Shown: piece by piece, positions 13,303 to 26,477 of the stretch
Position numbering within the stretch: the first letter of the stretch is position 1
Layout: each line of letters begins with the position of its first letter
Source of the DNA: Phyllosticta citribraziliensis
Taxonomy: Eukaryota
Length of the DNA stretch: 64,000 bases
Reading direction: 5' to 3'
Assembly: GCF_038025025.1 (NCBI RefSeq)
Contig: NW_027117348.1
Location: 1,488,001 to 1,552,000, forward strand
The notes under the pieces: generated by a model
Told to the model about the DNA's origin: nothing
The model's database searches: none
What the model saw: the letters and a program-made list of their open reading frames with translations, nothing else
Program-made: the position numbers and the translations under genes

Positions 13303-13807
13303 ATGTCCCAGCAGCAAGAGGGCTTCTTCGTCCAATCGAAGTCGGGAGAGGAAAAGCTGGTGACTAGGGGAAACACGAGTACCCTGGAGCTGGTCGAGAT
13401 CATCAAAACACAATTGTCTGAGGCCGAATCGTTCCTTGCGACGCGCAGGGCACGCAGGGCCGAATTCGTTGAGGAAGTGGATGCGATGATGGCAAAGCTA
13501 CAGGCAAACCATTTGAACAAGGAAGAGGAGGGGGAGGAGCGCGAATCCAGTCCCGAACCCATTGACATGGAGCTGCGGGCCCGCATCGCTGCAAAATACA
13601 GTATGTCCAAGCCAGACCTCCCGGAAACGAAGACAATGCTAAGGGTTGATAGATCTGAATCTGGAAGCCATTCCGATGCCCCGCAATGCCCTCACGCGCG
13701 AAGAAAAGGTCCATCTCTTGGCTAGGCTGGATGCAGAGGACAAGACGGAAAAGAAAGAGCAGGGAAAAGAGGCCCACAAGAAGATTCAGGGCACCGCCGG
13801 ACCTTGA
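13303..13807 (+). CDS. Orphan charged/helical protein, intron 13602-13652; possible upstream exon (intron 13240-13296)
   Basis: MSQQQEGFFVQSKSG...IAAKY|NLNLEAIPMPRNALTREEKVHLLARLDAE...GTAGP*. Canonical GTATGT donor and TAG acceptor keep the frame open. Confidence 0.55.
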
Positions 13808-13836
13808 CTACTCCAATCCATTTCCTTCCCCCCCGC

Positions 13837-14605
13837 CTACGTCCCTTCTGCGGCCTTTCCTTCCGGTGTACACTCATCCTTCGGCTTCGGGCCCTTCTGA
13901 AACCCCACGCGCACCTGATCGCAGGACCTCGGACAGCTACACATTGTCTCGCCATCGAGGCTCCTGTAAGAGTTGGGCCTGTCTTCACCAGGACCGCAGG
14001 GGGCAGGCAATTTTCGGCAGGTGATGATGTAGGTGCAAGCGGCGTCGTCGGGAGGCTGTCGAGAGACGTGTGAGCCAGCGAGCACGAGCGTCAGATGGTA
14101 CACAGATGATAATGGTAGGTAGGGAAGGGGATTGATGATCCACACGCACGTACATAGCAAACACACTTCCCCTTTACTTTCGCATTGCCGCACTTGCCGG
14201 CCAGCACTTTGGCCCACGCGCAGGCAATTGTGTCGGCGTTGGCTTTGGCCACGCTTGCTGGTATCACGTCCAGGTACGCCTGTTTGTTGTGGCAGGGAGC
14301 GCTGCAATCTCCGACGGTCGTGCACTGTTGAATGGTGATCGAGCCACGTCAGCCAGAGCGAGCGAGGAAGGACAAGACAGGAGAGGGGAGAGGGACGAGG
14401 AGGACGAGGAGCATAGGAAGAGAGAGCATCGTACGTCCGTCTTCAAGATGACTTCACCGCCCTGCGCGCCGTACTGGACGGAGCCACTGGCCTTGGAGTC
14501 TGCGGCGGCGGCATTTGCTGCTTCGCCCTGAGCATCGGCAAAGGGCGTAGCGGCTGTATGAAGGGCGAAGAACAAAAGAATCGTGAGTTGTAGTGTGGGC
14601 TTCAT
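13837..14605 (-). CDS. Small secreted 14-Cys protein, family member A (exons 14605-14435, 14324-14154, 14055-13837)
   Basis: Signal peptide MKPTLQLTILLFFALHTAA; ...EVILKTD|CTTVGDCSAPCHNKQAYL...IACAWAKVLAGKC...KCVCY|PPDDAACTY...MCSCPRSC...GFQKGPKPKDEC. Clear paralog of four other genes. Confidence 0.9.
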
Positions 14606-14884
14606 GACGATGACGACGATGACGGCGGTGGAGAGACGACTTGCAAGACAGTAGTGACCAATGGGAAGAAGGAAAAAAAATAGAAAGCGAATAAGGACAA
14701 AAGAGAAAGCGAATGTATAGTCTCGATAAACCAACCAAGCCAACGTCGCTTTGCTTAATCAAACCTACCTACTACTCTATACAAGTCAGGTTGAAGAATG
14801 AACAGCAAAATCTCTCCGCTTGTGCTGTCGACCTGGGTAAGTACTCCGCTACTGTCTCTCTCAAACGCAAACCTACAAAGTATT

Positions 14885-14928
14885 TAGTCGTTTCCGTTCG
14901 GGCGCCGCGTGCGCGTCATTTCCGAGCC
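14885..14928 (-). promoter_or_regulatory. Conserved upstream element of Cys-rich gene A
   Basis: Reads GGCTCGGAAATGACGCG...CGCCCGAACGGAAACGACTA on the minus strand. Near-identical copies lie upstream of B and C. Confidence 0.6.
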
Positions 14929-15154
14929 TTCATCCATGAAGCTACCTGGTGCCTTGCCCGGGATGTGAGTGAGTCAAGTTTCATCCATCGCACTGCTGCT
15001 GCTGCTGCTGCTCTCGCTCTATCTGTTCGCCCTGCCAACCACCCCAACCAGGACCAAAATTAAAACAACCCCAACTACTCACTGCATATCCTCCCTCCAC
15101 CTCTCACCCCCATCCCCCCACCCTCTACACTCCCCTACTCTCCAGCCCATCATT

Positions 15155-15832
15155 TCACTTCGGCGTACACTCATCCTTCGGCTTATCCCCCACCTGAAAG
15201 CCCGCGCGCGCCGCCTCACACACATTCGGACAGCTACACATCGATGAGCTATCCCCCGTCTTGAACGCCTTCGCTTCCTCCTTGCCCTCGCCACAGGGCG
15301 GTTTGAACTTCTTGCAGGTGAAGAGGTAGGAGCAAGCGGCGTCATCGGGAGCCTGTCGATCGCGTGAGCAACTGGAGGGGGGAGAGGAAGGGATGGGTCA
15401 GCACACACATAGCAAACGCATTTTCCCCGCTTGCCGCACCGCCCGGCCAGCACCTTGGTCCACTTGCAGGCGATCTCGTTGGCGTACTTCTCGGGGAAGT
15501 TTGAGCCGGCTATTGCGTCTAGGTACGCTTGTTTGTCATGGCAGGGCGCGCTGCAGTCGCCGACGGTCTTGCACTGTTTGACGCCGTTGATCGTGCTTGT
15601 CAGCCACAGAGCGAGCAAGGAAGGATGGGAGAGGGGAGGAGCAGGAGGAGGATAGGAAGGGCTTCCGTACGTCCGTCTTCAGGATGATTACATCGCCTTG
15701 GATGCCAAACTGCGGAGAGTTGTGGTCTGCGGCGGCGGCATCTGCTGCGTCGCCCCCCGCTGCAGCGGCGAAGGGCGTGGCGGTTGCAACGACAGCATAC
15801 AAGAAGAAAAGAATCGTGAGCGTGAGCTTCAT
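15155..15832 (-). CDS. Small secreted 14-Cys protein, family member B (exons 15832-15671, 15573-15409, 15352-15155)
   Basis: MKLTLTILFFLYAVVATA...VIILKTD|CKTVGDCSAPCHDKQAYL...IACKWTKVLAGRCGKRGKCVCY|APDDAACSYLFTC...MCSCPNVC...GFQVGDKPKDECTPK*. Confidence 0.9.
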
Positions 15833-16080
15833 GATAATGATGATGACGACGATAGGGAGGTGACTTGCAAGATAGTAAACAATGGGAAAAAAGAAGACGA
15901 ATGTACTTATAGTCCTGATGAACAGAAAATCGAGCATCACTACGCTCAATCAAACCTACCTACTACATAGACTCTCCAGTAGTATAAAGTTAGGTTGAAG
16001 ACCAGAACCTCTACTCAAAGACCTAAGTATTCCGCTCTCTCAAACGCAACCTAGAAGTCTTTGTTGCGAAGCGGTGTTTT

Positions 16081-16125
16081 TAGTCGTTTACGTTCGGGCG
16101 CCGCGTGGCGCGTCATTTCCGAGCC
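16081..16125 (-). promoter_or_regulatory. Conserved upstream element of Cys-rich gene B
   Basis: GGCTCGGAAATGACGCG...CGCCCGAACGTAAACGACTA on the minus strand, about 250 bp upstream of the ATG. Confidence 0.6.
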
Positions 16126-16924
16126 TCTATCCATGAGCTACCTACCTTGCCGGGATGTGAGCAAAGTTTCATAGCAGCGCTCTCCCCACTTGAGTGTAGC
16201 TTACCGGCTTTTAGGTAGATGCGCGTGCGCCACAGCCGTGATGTTCGTCGGATCTGCGTCGTCGTTATTACTCTCGTGCGCCCGCCACCAGTCCTGCCGT
16301 TCTTCTCGCGTATGGGTGCCTCTGGCGAGCAATGAGTAGACATATCGTCCTCGTCCGGGCCGTGCGCAAAACGAACCCACCGTCGGCCCGTGCGGTCGAG
16401 ACATCCGCGGGCATAGACGTTCGATGTTGGACAGGCGATTGCCGAGTGCCGCTCGAGGCCGCGGAGGTGGCGCCGACCACGGAGACGAGCGAAATGGCAG
16501 AACCAACGGCACCAGCGGCACACCGCAACAACGAAGAAATGGCACAGAGACAGAGATAGAGACAGATATGGAAAGTGTACATGTTTTTGATACGAGAAAA
16601 GCTGTAGAACACGGCTTTTTTGATCTGTCCGTGATGAACAGATAGACAGACAGTACGTGGGATGGGAGTTGGAAGCAGAGATTGTACCATAAGAGCGAAG
16701 TGAGAAGGAAAAGAAGGAGATACAGAGAAGACAGAAAAGACAGCGCTAAACTTGGGAATCCTCGATCCGACCCATCCATCCATCCGTGAAAGGAATTTGT
16801 CCGTAACGCCGCGAAATGCATCTTGTCACACCGTGCCAAACCCAGCCGGCCGTCCGTGTGTCCCATATTACCCGCGCCGTGTCGCCGTTCCGATCGTTGT
16901 TGAGAGAAAAGGGTTGAGGCGTGC

Positions 16925-18089
<1,165 letters not shown>

Positions 18090-19524
18090 TGCGGCGGCGA
18101 GGTTGCGGAGTGGTATGGGGGTTGGGAGGGCGGTGGTGAGGGAGGATCAGAAATATTTATGGGCTGGAGCGGTAATAGAGTAAGCAATGGCCGAGGCGAG
18201 TAAAAGGACCCGGATAGACGGCGGGGTCCAAGATGCGGTTAAGGACCGACGGTTCGGCGGCCAGGAGAAGTCTCTGGCCAGCCAATCATGTGGCCCAAAG
18301 ATAATCTGTCTCAGCCTCGCGCCCCAACGTCATGCCAACACCATTGCCCGTCAGCTTCTGTGACATCTGGGCATCCGTTGAATCTTCCACATTGGTCGCT
18401 GGTAGCATGCTCATTTTCGACCTGCCGACATCTTTTGTTTCAGCCGACAGTGTGACTTGTGCTTGAAATGTGCAACAGGAACATGAATTTGAATAGATTG
18501 TGTTCCAGCTTGAATGCTTAGTACGGATTGTCTATTTTGAAGCCCAATTGATTTCCACCGCTGTAATTGAGGAGGCTCAATTGGCACCTGTCGACGTCCT
18601 ACAAATGGATACTGTCTCCCTCTCCATGTTTGGAGCATGCGCCACGAATTGATAGCAAGCATTGGACGTTGCCTGAAGCCGGATGAGTCGTCGACTTGAT
18701 GAGAGTCTTCGTCCGAGATGTATTCAGACTGGACATGCCGCGCCTGAAGCTCCTCGACCTCTCCGGCCCTCGAGACGCACGCCAGTGGCTGACTTGGAAA
18801 GTGTCTGCAAGTTGATTCTTCGACTCTTTCGATTGCTCGTCCTTCCCTTCCCTTTGATTTTCGCAATAGTTTCGCAACAATGATATCCACCTCTTTTGTG
18901 TGAAACTCCTTTCGATCGAGTGTCTTTCCCTTTCGCTTGAATTCGTCAATGCCAAAAGTTGGAAGAGCGTTATTCGCACCGCGTGAGATCATGGTAGTCA
19001 GTGAAGTACCCTCTGCGCTTCGCGTACACCGTCAAAAAGCGCGGGTGTCGAAATCTTTCGCTTCACGACCTACATGCTGATGGAGGCGCGCACTGAGGCG
19101 CTCAATACCTCACGTTCATGCCTATCCTCACCGCAGATGCGAAGGCCATTCGCTTTACTGGACTTGTATATTAGAAGAGAGATGCGCGTGTAGGCGCCCG
19201 CTGCTAGTGCAGGTGCTTGAAGTTACCTTTTTTGGCCGCGGGTGCTGAGGATCTGGGATATAAAAGTAGCAGTTCAAACTTTTTCTCAACACCAGCCCAC
19301 CGCACGCGACCTTTGACACCCTACGCTGCTTGCGGGCTCTCCACGACCGCACCACTCCTCCCTGTCGCTGTAAGTTCTCCTCAACAGACCTGATCGCGGG
19401 CTCATACTCACTGTTCATCACCTCCAGTTCCGCCTCGTCCTCTGCCGCCCTCCTCGCACCCTCACAACCTCCCACCCTCCCTCTCGACGAGCGTCCTCCA
19501 AACGCCGTCACCACGACCAAGGCC

Positions 19525-20303
19525 ATGGGCCTTTTCAAGAGGAAGAACAAGGGCTCGGGCGCCCAGAAGCCCCTCGTCATCAGCGCCCCCACGGACTTTG
19601 TCCACCTGGGTGGCCACTCCACCATGGCCTTTACGGCCAGGCCAATCGTCGGCGCGGAGACCGACGCTACCCTCGCTGCTCCTGGTGAGGGCTCCAGTCT
19701 GGCGCCCAAGCCGGACAGCAGGGCGGCCGAGGTCTCCACCATGGACCTCACCGCGTTGCCCGTCGTCGCGCCGCCGCCAGCCCGCAAGGGCGTGGTCAAG
19801 AAGTTCTTGTCTGCGTTCCGCGGCCGTAAGGCCAAGGACCAGACTGTTGCGTCCGCGGCCGCAACCACCACCACCACCACCGGCGCCATCTCTCCCGCTG
19901 CCGCTGCCGCCTCCGCCTCCGCCGCCTCGTCGTCCTCCGAGTCGGCACCTGCCTCGCGCCCGGCGACGCCCTTGTGCGTCAGCCCAGTCCGCCCGTCGGC
20001 CCCCGTCGCGCCTCGCATTCCGGCGCTGCCCTTTGCCGTCCCGGTCTCTCCTCGCGCTCAGGCGCTTGCGGCTCTGTCCGCCTCTCGCTCGGGTAGGTGG
20101 TTCTCCCCTGGTCCTTCCATGGCGACTAACAGATATGCAGCCGAAGAGCCCACCAACGTCGTCGCGTCGGCGGAGAGGAAGAGGGTGTGGAGGGAGACCT
20201 CCGTCATGGGTCTCCAGGACCGTAAGCCTACTCCACCTTACACGGTTTGATAGACACTGATAATTGCGTAGGCCTCGTCTTCTCTAGTCCCGAGCGGGAC
20301 TGA
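19525..20303 (+). CDS. Low-complexity Ala/Pro/Ser protein with an N-terminal CRIB-like motif (introns approx. 20093-20140, 20222-20271)
   Basis: MGLFKRKNKG...VISAPTDFVHLGGH. Good ATG context, GC-rich codons and canonical splice signals. Confidence 0.6.
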
Positions 20304-21206
20304 GCTCATCGTCTTTGCCTGGTGGCTCTTGAGCCGGTTGCTCTCGTCCGCGTCGCGGTTGGTTGGGGTCGTTTGGCCGGGTTGCTGCGCGCTCTTGGGG
20401 GGTGGTCCTTGCTCTTTCTTTCGGTCCTCGTTTCTTTTTTTCGTTTTCTTTCTCCTCTCTTCTCTTAATGTTCACGCGCAACCAGTTTGCGCTTCCAATT
20501 TTGCCTTTGAGATACCCAAGCCGTTGGAGTGGTTCGCTGTTGTGTTCTTCAGGGTCCAAGGCGGTGTTTAGCCTGACTTTCGCATGAGTTTTCCTGGATA
20601 CGAGTGGAGAGGCTGAGAGGCTGCTGTTCAGTGAGAAGGAGTGGCTCTCTGGACATGATGGTCCCGCAGTGGCTGGAGACCATGCTGACATGGCTGCAGC
20701 AGAGGTGGTTCTTGATGGTCAAGAGAGTGTCGGAGTTGTGAAGTCGACAACAAGCGGCAAGGGTCGTGGATGCCCTCGGCTAGATATCGCTTAGCGCTGC
20801 TGATCTCCCGATAAGCGAGAGACCACATGAGCCGCTCCGATGTCGCTCGTCCCCATCAGGAAGCCCAAAGTCAGCCGACGACGGTTATTGGTGATACAAC
20901 TGCGATTGATGCGCCGATGGCGGACTCCAAACTCAGCGCGAATGATCTCCCCATTAACCTTGTGGGGGCTAGCGCGCCTCTGCTCTCTTACCCGGTCCAG
21001 ACATTTCTCTTCCTTCTCTCGCCTCTCTTGCACAGCTGCTCTTCCTCGCTTCTCCACATTTTTTTGCTTTTTTACATCGACCGAGGCATAAGGTGACTGC
21101 GGTTTGCTCGCCTCCAGTCTGTTGTCCTTACGTCCTGTCTAGACTCTTTTAATGTGCTTCTGTCGCATCTTTTCCTAGCTGTCAATCACCACCCTTTCAA
21201 GACGCC

Positions 21207-22814
21207 ATGTCTGTGCCCCAGACCCAGCTTAGCGCTGCCAACACCGAGCTTGGCTCCGGGAGCGCTGAGACTCAACCAACAGCCGTGAACGCCGTGCACG
21301 ACGGCTCCCTGTCCCAGCAGAGGGTCTTGAAGGGCAGCGGTACCAAACGCCCGTCCGTCGTGTCGTCAGAGTCGGCTTCGTTGCTCTCGGCCAGCCGCAA
21401 CTACGGCACCACTCAAAGCACTGCCTCGGCCACACATCCGGCAGGCTATGCGTCACCAGAAGACTCTGAGCTTGATTCATCACCGCCAACATGGCGCGAG
21501 AAACTGCAAAGTATCTGGGATGGGAATAGAGGACCGTTGCTAGTGTTAATAGCGCAGCTTTTCAACACCGTCATGAACACCGCGACGAGGATTTTGGAAA
21601 TCGAAGGCAACGATGGCAAGGGATACCATCCATTTCAGGTGAGCTCACCATTCATGGTTGGAGAAGCAAGCAACTAACATGTCTGGCAGGTATTGTTTGC
21701 GAGAATGAGCATCACGCTTGTATTCTCAGGTTTGTACATGTGGTGGAAAAAGGTCGAACAAGCACCTTTCGGCCCCAAAAACATGCGGTGGCTGCTGCTG
21801 ATTCGAGGATTTGGCGGATTCTTTGGAGTCTTCGGGATGTACTGTGAGTACTCCACCAACCCCCAAATGATCACCATTCTAACGTCGACAGACTCTCTCC
21901 TCTATCTCCCCCTCTCCGACGCCACCGTCCTGTCCTTCCTCTCCCCCACCATCACCTGCATAGCCTGCTACATCTTCCTCCGCGAGCCATTTACCCGCAC
22001 CCAGCAACTCGCCGGCGCCATCTCACTCATCGGCGTCGTCCTGGTCGCGCGCCCCACCACGCTCTTCTCCTCTCCCTCGGCTGAGCCTCCGCCCGCCAGC
22101 GGCGACCCCTCTGGCACGCCCGCCACGCTCCTCGCCCACGCCTTGGCCCAGATCTCGTCGTCTGACCCCTACCACGACACGGACCCGGCGCACCGGCTGC
22201 TGGCCATCTTCTTCGCGCTGCTCGGCGTCTGCGGCGCCTCGTGCGCCTACACGACGCTGCGAATCATCGGGCCGTCGACGCACCCGCTCGTCTCCGTCAC
22301 CTACTTCTCGGGCGCCTGCTGCCTCATCTCGGTGCTGTCGTTTCTGCCGCTGCCGGCGCCTTTCCCCAACGTGCCTTTTGCGCTACCAAACGCGCCGCTG
22401 GACTGGACGCTGCTGATACTGCTCGGCGTCGCCGGCTTCCTGATGCAGTTCCTCCTATCCATGGGCCTGCAGGGCACAAGGAGCAAGAAGGAGAGCGGCG
22501 GTGCGCCGCCCAAGAGGAGCGGCAAGGGCAATGCGGCGACGGCCATGGTCTACACGTCCATGGTGTTTGCCGTCATTTCGGACGCCACCATCTTTGGCAC
22601 GCTGCCCGATGCGTGGGGGTGGGGCGGCGTGGCGGCGATTGTGGGCAGCGCGCTGGTCGTCGCGACGGGGGGGCACTTTTTCGGGAGGAAGACGGGCGAC
22701 GAGGCGAAGGATGAGGTGGCCAAGAAGGATGAGGAGGTTGGCTTGTTGAGTGGCGAGGTGGATGGCCAGAGGCAGATGGCGCGGGAGGAGCAGGCTGTGA
22801 GTGGCCTGCACTGA
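21207..22814 (+). CDS. EamA/DMT-family membrane transporter, 3 exons
   Basis: HPFQ|VLFARMSIT, LLLIRGFGGFFGVFGMY, YLPLSDATVLSFLSP, HPLVSVTYFS and multiple transmembrane helices. Confidence 0.9.
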
Positions 22815-24821
22815 TTGCCGTCTGATGTGGCTGTGTGGAGAGCAGGAGTAAATTGCAAGTAAGCCCAGCATATGTCTATGAAGCTCAGGGGTATGAGGAG
22901 AGAGATAGGACCAACTCACCATTCGAAAAGAGGAGGGTACATAATGTCGAGACTGCACATTGCAAGACATCTAATCATCTAGACCGACCAAAGCGGCGGC
23001 AGAGAGACGGAAGCCTTGAGATTCGGCACAAGAGGCGTCTGGAAAGGACGGCGTTGGTGGTTCTTTGACAAATATATCTAGTCCCTTTAGACACACTTCT
23101 TCTCGCCAACCTATATGCTCAAGTTTCTCATCGACACTCGTCTCTCTTATTCGTCACCTCTGTCCACACATCTGCCCATTCACCACCACCACTCGTCATT
23201 GGAAGCGAGGCGAGACCCCGCGTCCATCTGCACCCCGCATCCGCATCCGCATCGTACCGTACGCATGCACCCCAGTCTCACCTCAGCTCGGTAAGCCGAT
23301 CGACAAACAAGCAGACAGGCGAAGTGTGGTTGGTGGCGCACGCGTGGCAGTCAGTGGCCAGGCTGCCCGCAGTACAATGGCCGGCAGCTTGACAAAGGAG
23401 AGCGCCCTTATGTATGTAGTGGGCAGAAAACGCCAACGCAAAAAATTGATTGTGCAGACCGCGTCGCAGAAAAGGGGTAAGGTAGATAAGCCAGTCAGTC
23501 CACTCCGCACCCGCCCACACTTGCAAAACCACGGCTCACCAAAGCAGCAGCACACACACCCTCTATCTACCGCTCGGAGCGGCAAGATGTTGACCTCCAA
23601 ACCATTCCCATCCCCATCCCTCCACCCCATCACTCATCGTCAACCGTCTGTCGTTGCTCTGACTGCGGGCTGTGGCCGGCAGGCAGGCGCGCAAGCTCGA
23701 CACCACCGACGATTCTTCGCTCGGCTATAGCGCGTTGCGGCGACCTTATGGCCGACGCGTCGGCGTTGCAGAGACAAGTGTTGTTACCCTCTCGGATTGG
23801 GTGTCGTATTCGGAAAGGGAGCGAGCGAGCAAGCAAGCGAGTGAGTGAGAGCCACGACGCTTTGGTGTCAGGCAATGGGGGTAGGTGGGCCTGTATGCTT
23901 GGTGGCGGTCGTGGCGACTGGGTGGTAGGGCTTTTAAGGGGTGTCGGAAGGAGTGGAGGTCTTTTGCTGCGCAGGGGGTGTGTCGTGGTTTTTGGCTGGA
24001 GGGATTGGCTGGTTTTTGATGTACAAAGCCCTTGTTTCTTCGCGAGCATCATATTAGAATACTGATGATGGAGATAAAATGCTGTGTGGGTGGTCATTAA
24101 GTGAGAAGCTGCTTCTCTAGCTGCTTGTCTGGCCGTGTGAAAATCCTTGCTTTCGACCGGACGAAAGTGTTGCGCGCTCAGAATGCTGCGCATGAGCGAG
24201 TTCAGGGGCTCAAACTAGAATTCGATAGCATCAGGAGACCTCCTGTTTTGATCCCAGCCACGATGGTGCCCCTCCTCCAAACGAAGCCCGGCAAAAGTAA
24301 ACCAGAACCGTTGTATGTACCATGATGCACAGCGCCCATGTTGGGTGGTCGGTGCGCAGAGACTCGGAAGACACTGCTAACTGCGCTGAGATATCCAGAA
24401 TTGAGCGGTCCAGCAAATGCAGCAGTTGCTTTTGGACTGAGTCTTCTACAAGGCTGCCATCATGAACCGAGCCTTTCGAGTCCGTTGGCCATTCAACTCA
24501 TCAAACATTTTGCCATTTTCCCAACTGGGCAATTCGATCACCGATAAAACCGAGCCGGACAACGTCTTGCTTCCTTGCATTCGCCCACGTCGTCCTGACG
24601 ATCTCCACGACTGCGGTAGTCCATGTGGAGCTCAGGCATTTCAGGTACCCGCTGTGGACGACGGAGCTGCGTAAGCGCTGGCGCAGTGGTTTGAAAGGCC
24701 ATGCCATCTTAGTATGGCGACATGCGGATTGGACACTTGGGCCTGTATAAAGGTGCTGCAACGGAAGCATCCTGGGATCAATACCTTCACTTGCAGCTTT
24801 GGGGTCCTACGTTCTTTTGAA

Positions 24822-26477
24822 ATGTTCATCCTTCCTCTCGTTGCTGGCTTGGCCGCTCCGGCTTTGGCGAAGCACGTCGCTCGTTCAGCTGCTTCTTTGC
24901 CTGCTGTCAACACTACGGCCGGTTATGTCAGGGGCGCGGGCTCCGAGTATCGCGACGGCGTTACCGTGTACAAGGGCATTCCATTTGCCTCTCCTCCCAC
25001 TGGCTCTCTGCGTTGGAAGGCTCCTGTTGCTGCCGAACCCTGGAACGACGTCCTCAACGCGACAACTTTTGGTGCTGCCTGTGCCCAGCCCCCTGGTCAA
25101 GCGGGCATCTTCTCCAGCACAATATCTTCGAGCGAGGACTGTCTGTACCTGAACGTCTGGACACCCACTTACAACGAAACCAATGTCTCCTCCAAGAACC
25201 TTCCCGTCTTCGTCTGGATTTATGGTGGCCGCTTCGAGGCCGGTTCGGGCGATGTCGCGACGTATGACGGCACTGGCCTCGCCAGCAAGGACATTATCGT
25301 CGTCACGCTCAACTACCGTGTCGGACCGTTTGGCTTCCTCGCTCATCCGGAACTCACCCAAGAGTCGGGCCACAATGCCTCTGGCAACTACGGTCTGATG
25401 GATCAGCAGTTTGCTCTGAAATGGGTCCAGGAGAACATTGTCAACTTTGGCGGAAACCCCAATCAAGTCACTGTCGGCGGCCAGTCTGCCGGTTCGGCCA
25501 GTGCTTTGGACATGATGTGGAGTCCTCTCTCGCGGGACCTCATCAACGGCGTCATTTCCGAGTCTGGCGCCCGCGGTCCTCATGATCCCGTCACTGGCAG
25601 CGCTGCTACGAGCTGGCGCACCAAGGCTGCTGCCGAGGCAGAGGGTGTCGATTTTGTCAAGAATAGCCTCAACGTCTCCTCCATCGCCGAAGCCCGCAAC
25701 GTCACGACTGACACTGTCCTCGACTTTATCAACGAGAGCGACACAATCTTTGAGGGCACCCAATTCGCCAACGCCTCGTCCAGCTTCATGGAGCCCCCGC
25801 TTTGGCGCCCCGTGATCGACGGGTACGTCCTGGCGCACACGTACAGCGAGGCGCTCCGCCTCAACGACCACGCCGACGTGCCAATCTTGACCGGCAACAA
25901 CAAGGACGAGTCCGGCGCCTCTCCAAGCACGGACTACAACGCGACAACGTATAAGACGCTGTACTCTGGCGTCTTCGGCGGCAACTTTTCCTCGCAATTC
26001 TTCGAGCTGTACCCCGGCGCCAACGAGACCGAGGCCAGCGAAAACAGCAACGAATTCTTCCGCGACCTGAGCCGCGTCGGCACCTGGCGCTGGTCCGTCG
26101 ACTGGGCCGCGGGCGGCGCCAAGAGCAACGTCTACACATACTACTTTACGACGGCGCCGGCCGAGGACCGTGACCAGGGCGCCTACCACGGGTCGGAGCT
26201 GTGGTACACGTTCAACAACATCCCATACGCCGAGTACTCAAACGTCACCTGGACGGCGCACGACTATGAGGTCGAGCGCGTCATGTCGCAGTACTGGGCC
26301 AATTTCATCAAGACTGGGGATCCGAATGGCGGCAACCTCACGCACTTTCCCCCGAGCACGAGTGCCGAGAAGCAGACGATGTGGTTGGGTGATTCATGGG
26401 GCTCGGGCTACGTTTCCAAGTCGGAGGAGCGCGTCAAGTTCATTGAGAGCTGGTTTTCGACTCTTCAGGAGTGGTGA
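24822..26477 (+). CDS. Secreted type-B carboxylesterase/lipase
   Basis: Signal peptide, YKGIPFA.PP.G.LRW, SEDCLYLNVW, WIYGG oxyanion hole, catalytic GQSAG, NKDE and AYHGSEL. Confidence 0.95.
   Translation: MFILPLVAGLAAPALAKHVARSAASLPAVNTTAGYVRGAGSEYRDGVTVYKGIPFASPPTGSLRWKAPVAAEPWNDVLNATTFGAACAQPPGQAGIFSSTISSSEDCLYLNVWTPTYNETNVSSKNLPVFVWIYGGRFEAGSGDVATYDGTGLASKDIIVVTLNYRVGPFGFLAHPELTQESGHNASGNYGLMDQQFALKWVQENIVNFGGNPNQVTVGGQSAGSASALDMMWSPLSRDLINGVISESGARGPHDPVTGSAATSWRTKAAAEAEGVDFVKNSLNVSSIAEARNVTTDTVLDFINESDTIFEGTQFANASSSFMEPPLWRPVIDGYVLAHTYSEALRLNDHADVPILTGNNKDESGASPSTDYNATTYKTLYSGVFGGNFSSQFFELYPGANETEASENSNEFFRDLSRVGTWRWSVDWAAGGAKSNVYTYYFTTAPAEDRDQGAYHGSELWYTFNNIPYAEYSNVTWTAHDYEVERVMSQYWANFIKTGDPNGGNLTHFPPSTSAEKQTMWLGDSWGSGYVSKSEERVKFIESWFSTLQEW

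Noticed and set aside
18278..18305. CCAAT box with nearby GATAA upstream of HEM2 as a HapX/CBC iron-response site
   Set aside because: Spacing is one base off the CSAAT-N12-RWT bipartite consensus, and short motifs occur by chance.
18411..18992. 193-aa minus-strand ORF upstream of HEM2
   Set aside because: No recognisable domain or clear codon bias. It could be an orphan or relic but cannot be supported.
24885..26189. 434-aa minus-strand ORF
   Set aside because: Antisense shadow of the carboxylesterase caused by codon bias.
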